Shown: piece by piece, positions 1 to 6,699 of the stretch | Numbering within the stretch: position 1 is the first letter of the stretch | How the letters are laid out: each line of letters opens with the position of its first letter | DNA from: a bacterium | Lineage (GTDB): Bacteria; Sysuimicrobiota; Sysuimicrobiia; Sysuimicrobiales; Kaftiobacteriaceae | Direction of reading: 5' to 3' | DNA length: 19,585 nt | NCBI GenBank assembly: GCA_044868695.1 | Contig: JBIOWP010000139.1 | Span: 1-19,585 of the forward strand | Program-made: the position numbers and the translations under genes | Notes under the pieces: model-generated | Database searches by the model: none | The model's input: the letters and a program-made list of their open reading frames with translations, nothing else | Told to the model about the DNA's origin: nothing

Positions 1-182
1 GCGATTTTGACACGCGGGTGCGGCTGGACCGGAAGAGTTTTGAGCGCGGGACGCTGGCGGCCAACTACCACCTGTGTCCCCACTGCGGCCGGCAGATGAC
101 GTACCGCAAGGTCGACTATCGCGTACAGGAAGAGCCTGCCGGGGGCAGAACCCCCTCCGGTAAGGAGCCCCCCTGGTGGTAG
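1..182 (+). CDS. 5'-truncated small protein with a CxxC motif (probable zinc ribbon)
   Basis: Frame from position 3 reads DFDTRVRLDRKSFERGTLAANYHLCPHCGRQMTYRKVDYRVQEEPAGGRTPSGKEPPWW, stop TAG 180-182. Not in the ORF track. Overlaps the start of the next ORF. Confidence 0.6.
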   Translation, partial: DFDTRVRLDRKSFERGTLAANYHLCPHCGRQMTYRKVDYRVQEEPAGGRTPSGKEPPWW

Positions 183-343
183 AGAAAGCGCTCAGTTGTC
201 CGAACTGTGATACCGTGATGGTCCTCCGCGTCGAACCGGACGAGGCCGAGGGACTGTGGTACGAGTGTACGATCTGCGGCCACCGGATCCGCGCCGACAC
301 CGTGCAGACCGAGGCGGAGGGCGTTGTGTGGAACTCCCGCTGA
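176..343 (+). CDS. 55-aa zinc-ribbon protein (CPNC...CTIC)
   Basis: GTG 176 is 8 nt after AAGGAG (162-167). Translation MVEKALSCPNCDTVMVLRVEPDEAEGLWYECTICGHRIRADTVQTEAEGVVWNSR, stop TGA 341-343. Missed by the ORF track. Confidence 0.7.
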   Translation: MVEKALSCPNCDTVMVLRVEPDEAEGLWYECTICGHRIRADTVQTEAEGVVWNSR

Positions 344-489
344 CCGCCCCCTGCCCGCAGTGTGGATCGGAGATGGAACCGCGCGGACAATCGCGCCGTG
401 GGCGGGCCGTCTATGTCTGCCCCGAATGTGGGTTCGAGATGGAAGCGGGAGACGAGGAAGACCGCCCGGCCGACGAGGACGAGGGTTAG
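328..489 (+). CDS. 53-aa zinc-ribbon protein with acidic tail (CPQC...CPEC)
   Basis: GTG 328 is 7 nt after GGAGG (316-320). Translation MELPLTAPCPQCGSEMEPRGQSRRGRAVYVCPECGFEMEAGDEEDRPADEDEG; C-terminal part of track ORF 256..489. Confidence 0.72.
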   Translation: MELPLTAPCPQCGSEMEPRGQSRRGRAVYVCPECGFEMEAGDEEDRPADEDEG

Positions 490-2102
490 CCGGACCACCC
501 AGGGCCGGCGTAGACGACCTCCCCACCGATTATCGTCGCCACCACGTGCGACTTTGGCAGATCATCAGGCTCTCCGCGCATGATGTCGCGGTCCAGGACG
601 GCGAAGTCGGCGTAGCGGGCCGCGCTGAGCGACCCACGCGCGTCCTCCTCCCCGGACGCAAACGCGGCGCCGGTGGTGTAAGCTCGGAGGGCCTGCTCGA
701 CCGTCAGGGCCTCTTCGGGGTACCAGGGTGCGGCGCGGGGCTCATCCGCGCGCGTGCGTGTCACCGCAGAATGCAGCCCCACAAAGACATCAGGCGACTC
801 GACCGGTGCATCGGAGCCAAACGCCAGCACCGTCCCCTGCTCGAGCAGCGACCGCCAGGCATACGCGAATCTCCCGCGCGTTCCCCAGTACCGGCCGGCG
901 ATGTCGCGATCGCTGGTCGCGTGAATAGGTTGCATCGATGCCACCAGCCGGAGCCTCGCGAGGCGGGGGAGGTCGGCGGGGTGCAGCAGCTGTACGTGCT
1001 CGATGCGGTGGCGGGCGCCCAGCCGTAGCGACGCCTCGGCGTGCGCCTCGAACGCGTCGAGCACCCAGCGGTTTGCCCGGTCGCCGATGGCGTGGACGGC
1101 GCACCAAAACCCCGCGGCCACCGCCCGGCCGACCATTGCGGCCAGCTCGTCCCGCGTGTAGATGGCGATCCCGGTATTATGAGGCTGGTCTTCGAAGGGC
1201 TCGAGCATGCTGGCGGTCTGAGACCCCAGCGTCCCGTCGGCGAAGATCTTCACCGGCCCCACGCGCAGCCACTCGTTCCCGAAACCGGTGCGCAGCCCCA
1301 CGCCACTTGCGTCCTCCAGTGCGCTCACCGGCAGCGTCGCCCAGACGCGCAGCCGCAGGGCGCGGCGGGCGGACAGCCGCTGAAATGCCGCGAACGACAC
1401 CGCGCCCTCGTAAGCTTCCGTCCCGACGAAACTGTGCACGCCGGTAATCCCCAAGCGGTGCATGGCGGCGGCCGCCGCAAGGATCCCCTGCTCGACCGTG
1501 GCGTCGTCAACCGGCGGCACGACGGCCCAGATGCGCTGCTTCGCCTCTTCCTTGAAAACGCCCGTGGGTTCTCCGTGCGGATCGCGCGTGATCTCTCCGC
1601 CGGCAGGATCCGGTGCGCGGCGGTCGATCCCGGCCAAACGCAGCGCGACGGAGTTGACCCACAGCAGGTGACCGTCCTTGCTGCTCAGCACGACCGGGTG
1701 GTCCGGACTGACCGGGTCCAGATCGGCCTTCGTGGGAAAGCGAGCCTCGGGCCAGAGATTCTTGTCCCATCCCCGTCCGCGCACCCACTCGCCCGGCCGC
1801 GCCCGGCGAGTGGCCTCCTCCACCAGGTCCACGGCGTCCCGCAGCGAGCGCGCCGCGGTCAGATCGACCCGAGACAGGTTGATGCCATACGACGGCAGGT
1901 GGATGTGGCTGTCGATAAACCCTGGAACGACCGTGCGGCCACCAAGATCCAGACGCCGAAACGTGGAGAACGCATCGTGCAGCTCGGCGGTTCGCCCGAC
2001 CGCTACGATGCGGCCGTCGCGGACCGCGATGGCTTCGGCGAGGGGCAAGGAGGGGTCAAGCGTGTAGACGCGCCCGTTTGTGAACAGCGTCTCGTCCATC
2101 AC
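486..2102 (-). CDS. Amidohydrolase, YtcJ-like (amidohydrolase_3 family)
   Basis: PGFIDSHIH, VKIFADGTLGSQTA, AVHAIGDRAN, RHRIEHVQ, ASMQPIH, FGSDAPV, YTTGAAFA and ADFAVLD motifs. Start is GTG 2102 or ATG 2099. Confidence 0.92.
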   Translation of the reverse strand: MMDETLFTNGRVYTLDPSLPLAEAIAVRDGRIVAVGRTAELHDAFSTFRRLDLGGRTVVPGFIDSHIHLPSYGINLSRVDLTAARSLRDAVDLVEEATRRARPGEWVRGRGWDKNLWPEARFPTKADLDPVSPDHPVVLSSKDGHLLWVNSVALRLAGIDRRAPDPAGGEITRDPHGEPTGVFKEEAKQRIWAVVPPVDDATVEQGILAAAAAMHRLGITGVHSFVGTEAYEGAVSFAAFQRLSARRALRLRVWATLPVSALEDASGVGLRTGFGNEWLRVGPVKIFADGTLGSQTASMLEPFEDQPHNTGIAIYTRDELAAMVGRAVAAGFWCAVHAIGDRANRWVLDAFEAHAEASLRLGARHRIEHVQLLHPADLPRLARLRLVASMQPIHATSDRDIAGRYWGTRGRFAYAWRSLLEQGTVLAFGSDAPVESPDVFVGLHSAVTRTRADEPRAAPWYPEEALTVEQALRAYTTGAAFASGEEDARGSLSAARYADFAVLDRDIMRGEPDDLPKSHVVATIIGGEVVYAGPGWSG

Positions 2103-2109
2103 AAACTAC

Positions 2110-2190
2110 GGGACCGGGGACCGGGGACCAGGGACCAGACGATCATCTCGAAACTCAGTTTCCGGTCCCAGGTCCCGGGTCCCTGGTCCC
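2110..2190. repeat. Inverted array of heptamers: 4x GGGACC(G/A) facing 4x NGGTCCC (REP-like hairpin)
   Basis: GGGACCG GGGACCG GGGACCA GGGACCA (2110-2137) versus CGGTCCC AGGTCCC GGGTCCC TGGTCCC (2163-2190). It fills almost the whole ribU-amidohydrolase gap. Confidence 0.9.
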
Positions 2191-2194
2191 TGCT

Positions 2195-2743
2195 TCACCA
2201 GGCCGCGCGATCGCCGATCCACTCGTACAAGTACACGCGGACCCGCTTGTAAACGTAGTAGGTGATTACCGAACTGATGGCTCCCTTCAGGAGATTGAAC
2301 GGCAGCAGGGCCGGCAGCACGAGCGCAATCACCTGCTGGCGCGGGATCCCAAAGAAGATGGGCGTGAGGAAGATGTTCGCGGCGATCATGACGCCTGTCA
2401 TCGCGAGGATCCCCAGACCGAGCGATCTGACCGCGCCCGCCTTCGTGTGATCGACCGTGTAGTAGACACCGGCCACGCCCACCAGCGTCGCGCCTGCCAG
2501 GAAGTTCATGAAGATCCCGAACGGTCCTCCGGCGGTGCCGGACCGCAGGATCTGGATCAGCAGAGCTTTGATCGCCTCGACTGCGACGCCGTAGGTCGGC
2601 CCCAGCGCGAATGTCGCGATCAGCGCCGGAACCTCGCTGGGATCGTACTTTAGGAATGCCGGAAACGGCGGAATGGGAAAGTCGAAGTACATGAACGCAA
2701 AGGCCACTGCCCCGAGGACTGCGACCTGCGTAAGCCGTCTCAC
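2195..2743 (-). CDS. ribU: ECF transporter S component, riboflavin-specific
   Basis: GTG 2743 after AGGAGGGG. MRRLTQVAVLGAVAFAFMYFDFPIPPFPAFLKYDPSEVPAL...PFNLLKG, hydrophobic multi-TM protein directly downstream of an FMN riboswitch. Confidence 0.9.
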   Translation of the reverse strand: MRRLTQVAVLGAVAFAFMYFDFPIPPFPAFLKYDPSEVPALIATFALGPTYGVAVEAIKALLIQILRSGTAGGPFGIFMNFLAGATLVGVAGVYYTVDHTKAGAVRSLGLGILAMTGVMIAANIFLTPIFFGIPRQQVIALVLPALLPFNLLKGAISSVITYYVYKRVRVYLYEWIGDRAAW

Positions 2744-2745
2744 CG

Positions 2746-2777
2746 CTGCCCCTCCTGATAACGACCTGAAGGGGCAG
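2746..2777 (-). promoter_or_regulatory. Hairpin sequestering the ribU Shine-Dalgarno
   Basis: In the mRNA CUGCCCCU pairs with AGGGGCAG, which contains most of the RBS just upstream of GTG 2743. Confidence 0.6.
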
Positions 2778-2780
2778 GAC

Positions 2781-2853
2781 ACAAAACGGCGGGATCAGGG
2801 AGTAGGGAGCAGGGATTAGTTACTGATCCCTAATCCCGGATCCCGTATCCCGC
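2781..2853 (-). terminator. Terminator-like hairpin built from 4+4 heptamer repeats in the riboswitch expression platform
   Basis: GGGATCA GGGAGTA GGGAGCA GGGATTA (2791-2818) versus TGATCCC TAATCCC GGATCCC GTATCCC (2824-2851), closed by GC/GC. On the minus strand it is followed by CGTTTTGT. Confidence 0.5.
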
Positions 2854-2866
2854 AGTTTCGCGGCTA

Positions 2867-3020
2867 ACCTTCTCCCATCCGGACTGTACCGTCGGCCCCG
2901 GCATCACACCGGATCCACCGCTACCGTAAGTACGGCTGCGGGTCGCGGGCTCCCCCGTTCACGTGAACGAAGTTACCGCCGGTCGGGAATTGGCGTATGC
3001 CTCACCCTGCCCCGAAGGTC
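2867..3020 (-). ncRNA. FMN riboswitch (RFN element)
   Basis: Minus strand reads CTTCGGGGCAGGGTGA...AATTCCCGACCGGCGGT...AGCCCGCGACCC...GGATCCGGTG...CCGGGGCCGACGGTACAGTCCGGATGGGAGAAGG, matching the RFN consensus; lies upstream of ribU. Confidence 0.96.
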
Positions 3021-3042
3021 GCGTATGTGGTTGTCAAGATTC

Positions 3043-3072
3043 ATGCTAGCATGGACACGGAGAAGGGGTCAA
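3043..3072 (-). promoter_or_regulatory. Putative sigma70 promoter for the riboswitch-ribU transcript
   Basis: Minus strand TTGACC (3072-3067), 18-nt spacer ending in TGC, then TAGCAT (3048-3043). The -10 lies in the palindrome CATGCTAGCATG (3042-3053). Confidence 0.45.
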
Positions 3073-3073
3073 C

Positions 3074-3478
3074 GTGAAACGCGTCGTGTTCGTCTGAGTC
3101 GGCAACAGCGCCCGCTCCCAGATGGCGGAAGGCCTCTTCAACGCGAGGGCGCCTGAAGGTTGGCGGGCGAGCTCCGCGGGAACGGAGCCGGCAAAGAGCC
3201 TTCGGCCCGAGGCGATCGCCGCCATGCGGGAGATCCAGATCGACATCTCCGGCCAGCGGCCCAAGGGGCTGGCGGACGTCCTGGGCCCTGACGTGGCGCT
3301 CGTTGTCGGGTTGTGCGCTGAAGAAGCCTGTCCGGTCGTGCCCGGCGCCCGCAGCGAACACTGGCCGCTTCCTGATCCCGCGGGCACGAAGGATCCTCAA
3401 TTCTACCGCCAGATCCGCACTGAACTCACCCGGCGCATTGACGACCTCATCGGGCGCCTGCCCAGCGCCGGCGCCTAG
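3074..3478 (+). CDS. arsC: Arsenate reductase (LMW-PTP fold, thioredoxin-coupled type) with in-frame TGA at the catalytic Cys; probable selenoprotein
   Basis: GTG 3074 after purine-rich GGAGAAGGGG. MKRVVFV-[TGA 3095-3097]-VGNSARSQMAEG...SAGTEP...GLCAEEACPVVPG...HWPLPDPAG. The TGA occupies the C of the CX5R P-loop. The track ORF 3122..3478 lacks the P-loop. Confidence 0.8.
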
Positions 3479-3487
3479 CCGCCCATC

Positions 3488-4318
3488 ATGGAACGCCGAC
3501 CCTTTGGACCCAAGGGCACCCTCGTCCCGGCCATCGGGCAGGGCACGTGGAACATGGAGCGCAACCGCGCGGCGTCGATTGCCGCGCTGCGGCGCGGCCT
3601 GGACCTGGGGATGACGCACATCGACACGGCTGAGATGTACGGGAGCGGAGCGGTCGAGGAGCTCGTAGGAGAAGCGATTGCCGGGCGGCGCGCCGAGGTG
3701 TTCCTCGTCTCCAAGGTGCTTCCGGAGAACGCGTCGCGCAAGGGTACGCCCGCCGCGTGCGAGCGCAGCCTCCGCCGTCTGCGCACCGATACCCTGGACT
3801 GCTGCCTCCTCCACTGGCCCAGCCGGCATCCTCTCGCCGACACCATCGCGGCGTTCGAGCAGCTCATTCGCGATGGGAAGATCAGGAGCTGGGGCGTGTC
3901 CAACTTCGATGAAGGAGCCATCGAGGAAGCCGTGCGCATCGCGGGGCCGGATCGCGTCGCTTGCAACCAGGTCCTCTACCATTTGGGTGAGCGGACGATC
4001 GAGCACTTTGTCCTGCCCGCGTGCACACGTCACCGCGTCGCAGTCGTCGCGTACAGTCCATTCGGCCAGGGCCGCTTCCGGCCGCACCCCGTGCTGGAGG
4101 AGATCGCCCGGGCGCACGCCGTGACTCCCGCGCAGGCGGCGCTGCGCTTCCTCGTCCGCGATCCCAACGTGTTTGCCATCCCGAAAGCCTCGAGCCTGCG
4201 GCACGTCGAAGAAAACGCCGGCGCCGGAGCGTTGACATTGAGCGCGGACGAGATCCGGCGCATCGAGGACGCCTTCCCGACCCGGGCACCCCGGCGGGGG
4301 CATCTGCCCGTCCTCTGA
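3488..4318 (+). CDS. Aldo/keto reductase
   Basis: IGQGTW, IDTAEMYGSG, LVSKV, LLHWP, GVSNF, NQVLY, AYSP and IPKAS motifs. Confidence 0.95.
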   Translation: MERRPFGPKGTLVPAIGQGTWNMERNRAASIAALRRGLDLGMTHIDTAEMYGSGAVEELVGEAIAGRRAEVFLVSKVLPENASRKGTPAACERSLRRLRTDTLDCCLLHWPSRHPLADTIAAFEQLIRDGKIRSWGVSNFDEGAIEEAVRIAGPDRVACNQVLYHLGERTIEHFVLPACTRHRVAVVAYSPFGQGRFRPHPVLEEIARAHAVTPAQAALRFLVRDPNVFAIPKASSLRHVEENAGAGALTLSADEIRRIEDAFPTRAPRRGHLPVL

Positions 4319-4323
4319 CGCGC

Positions 4324-5550
4324 ATGCGCGAATTCCACCTGGCCCTCAATGACCCGGGATTTATCTTCGACCCCTACCCGCTGCTCGCCGAGCTCCGCGA
4401 GAGCAGCCCGGTGTTCTTCGATCCCGTCTGGAACAAGGTATTCTTCGCCCGTTACGACGACATCTCGGCCCTGCTGCGCGACCGGCGATTGGGCCGATCG
4501 ATTCTCCACGTCCTGTCGCGCGACGAGCTGGGCTGGCCGCCTCCCAACCCGCTCACGGCCGACTTCGACCACTTTCAAAGCAACCACATGCTCGACAACG
4601 AGCCACCAAAACATACGAGGCTGCGGGGACTGATGCTGCGGGCCTTCACCTCCGCACGGGTCGAGGGCCTCCGCGGGAAGATCACCCGAATCGTCAACCA
4701 GCTCATCGACCGCATGCACGACCACGGGCACCCGGATTTGCTCGCGGACTTCGCGGCGCCCCTGCCCGTGGCCGTCATCGCCGAACTGCTCGGCGTTCCC
4801 GAGGAAGATCGGCCGCTGCTGCGGCCCTGGTCGGGGGCGATCGTGAAGCTCTATGAATTAGGCTACAACGATGATCAGGCGCGCGCGGCCAACCGCGCCG
4901 TCGTGGAATTCTCGGGCTACATCAACGACCTCGCGAGGGACCGGCGCACCACGCCCCGCGACGACCTCATCTCGGCGCTCGTGCGCGCGGAAGAAGAAGG
5001 CCAGAGGCTCAGCGAAGACGAGCTGGTAGCCAACTGCATCCTGCTGCTCAACGCCGGCCACGAAGCCAGCGTGAACGGCACCACGCTGGGTCTGCTGTCA
5101 CTGCACCACCATCCGGACCAGATGGCCCTCGCCCGGGAGGCGGCCCGAGCGGACGACACCGCGTTCTTCACATCCGCCGTCGAGGAACTCCTGCGGTACG
5201 ATACTTCTCTGCCGATGTTCGAGCGCTGGGTGCTCCACGACATGGACTTCAACGGGGTCCGGCTGGCCCGCGGCACGGAAGTCGGCCTGCTCTATGCCGC
5301 CGGCAATCGCGACCCGCGCCGCTTCGCCGACCCGGACCGGCTCGACCTCACGCGCAAGGACAACCCGCACCTCACCTTCGGTCTCGGGATCCACTACTGC
5401 GTCGGCGCACCGCTGGCGCGGCTCGAGCTGCAGATCTCGTTCCTGACCCTGCTGAAACGCCTCCCCGGAATCCGGATCGCGCGCGAACCAGTGGAATACG
5501 CCGGAGGGTTTGTGATCCGCGGCCACAAGGCGATGCCGGTCGAATTCTAG
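4324..5550 (+). CDS. Cytochrome P450 (CYP107-like)
   Basis: ATG 4324 (MREFHLALNDPGFIFDPYP). PPKHTRLR, I-helix NAGHEAS, EELLR (ExxR), NRDP, heme motif FGLGIHYCVG. Confidence 0.95.
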   Translation: MREFHLALNDPGFIFDPYPLLAELRESSPVFFDPVWNKVFFARYDDISALLRDRRLGRSILHVLSRDELGWPPPNPLTADFDHFQSNHMLDNEPPKHTRLRGLMLRAFTSARVEGLRGKITRIVNQLIDRMHDHGHPDLLADFAAPLPVAVIAELLGVPEEDRPLLRPWSGAIVKLYELGYNDDQARAANRAVVEFSGYINDLARDRRTTPRDDLISALVRAEEEGQRLSEDELVANCILLLNAGHEASVNGTTLGLLSLHHHPDQMALAREAARADDTAFFTSAVEELLRYDTSLPMFERWVLHDMDFNGVRLARGTEVGLLYAAGNRDPRRFADPDRLDLTRKDNPHLTFGLGIHYCVGAPLARLELQISFLTLLKRLPGIRIAREPVEYAGGFVIRGHKAMPVEF

Positions 5551-5566
5551 GGGCGCCGGAGATGTG

Positions 5567-6679
5567 CTAGGGTCGGAGCGGCGCGCCGTTGGCGGTCACC
5601 ATTCGCAGCGTCTGCTCGACACGTGTGACCAGGCTGCGGGGCAGCGGCACATAGAGCAGCGCGGGCGCGTACTGCTGCCCCGTGTGCGTGGCCCACCAGA
5701 GAAAGTCGACAAGCGCCCTCCCCTTGAACTCGTCGGGCTGCTCGGCGGTGATCACGATCCACGTGAACCCCGCGATCGGGTACGCGTCCAGCCCCTCCGA
5801 GTTGGTGAAGAACAGCCGGTAGTCCTGCGGGATGGCGGAGAGGATAATTTCCATGGCCTTTGTCGTCGTCGTCAACGAGGGGATGACGTACCGCCCGGCT
5901 TTGTTGCGGACGTTCGCGATCGTCATCCGGCCGCTGACCGCGTACGCCAGCTCCACGTACCCCACGGAGTTCGGGGTCTTTTTCACCATCTCGATGACGC
6001 CCGCGCTGCCCACGGCGGCAATGTGCTCCGCGGGCCACCGGACCGCCAGGCCCTCGCCGACCTGCTGCTTCCACTCGGGGCTGACCTTGCTGAGGTAGTT
6101 GGTGAGGATGGCGGTGGTGCCGGACGCGTCGGCGCGCCGGACGACTTTGATGGGCGCCTCCGCCGGCAGGGTGAGCTGCGGATTCAGTTCGACAATCCGC
6201 GGGTCATCCCACTTGGTGATGGTGCCGAGCAGGACCGCCGCCAGGACCTCGGGGGTGAAGTTCAACCCGGTAGGAATCTTCCGTGGTTCACTCGGTCGAG
6301 GTTCACTCGGCGCTCCGGGGGTGGGCGGCGGCCGGTTCTCCTCGATGCGGTAAACGAAGGCAACCGCGCCTGCGACCATCGGCAGATGCAGCACGCCCCC
6401 CGCCTGAAACGCCTGGTCGTCGGTCAGCGGGCTGTCGGTGCCGGCGAAATCCACTGTCCGTTGGAGAAACTGCTCGATGCCGGCGCCTGACCCCACGGGG
6501 CGGTACAGGACCCGCGCGCCCTTCTCCGCCGCGTAGGCCTGCAACCACCGCGAGTACAGCGCAAACGGAAACGTCGCGCCCGCCCCCGACAGAACTGCCG
6601 GCTGCGCCTGGACCGCCGACGCCGCCAGCAGCGCCGCCGCGCCCACCGCCGCAGCCGCCGTCACCCACGTCCTGCCCAT
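5567..6679 (-). CDS. pstS: Phosphate ABC transporter substrate-binding protein
   Basis: Signal peptide; GAGATFP, GSGAG, VDFAGTD, RADASGTT, GYVELAYA, YPIAGFTW; AGGAGG RBS. Confidence 0.9.
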   Translation of the reverse strand: MGRTWVTAAAAVGAAALLAASAVQAQPAVLSGAGATFPFALYSRWLQAYAAEKGARVLYRPVGSGAGIEQFLQRTVDFAGTDSPLTDDQAFQAGGVLHLPMVAGAVAFVYRIEENRPPPTPGAPSEPRPSEPRKIPTGLNFTPEVLAAVLLGTITKWDDPRIVELNPQLTLPAEAPIKVVRRADASGTTAILTNYLSKVSPEWKQQVGEGLAVRWPAEHIAAVGSAGVIEMVKKTPNSVGYVELAYAVSGRMTIANVRNKAGRYVIPSLTTTTKAMEIILSAIPQDYRLFFTNSEGLDAYPIAGFTWIVITAEQPDEFKGRALVDFLWWATHTGQQYAPALLYVPLPRSLVTRVEQTLRMVTANGAPLRP

Positions 6680-6699
6680 AAGTCTCCTCCTGGATCTTG

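Noticed and set aside
328..489. Calling the acidic zinc-ribbon ORF lysW
   Set aside because: It lacks the C-terminal EDWGE motif and no lysX/argX-type genes are visible.
2110..2190. Heptamer arrays and the 15-bp repeat at 17597-17641 as CRISPR arrays
   Set aside because: Units are too short, directly adjacent with no unique spacers, and no cas genes are present.
3122..3478. Track's 118-aa ArsC starting at ATG 3122
   Set aside because: It would lack the CX5R active-site loop; the upstream GTG 3074 with RBS and read-through of TGA restores a complete domain.
4021..4323. N-terminal extensions in the track for P450, ribU, gnd, pgl, glycoside hydrolase, beta-propeller and M20
   Set aside because: They overlap neighbouring genes or repeats; downstream starts with SD sites or stop/start overlaps match where family similarity begins.
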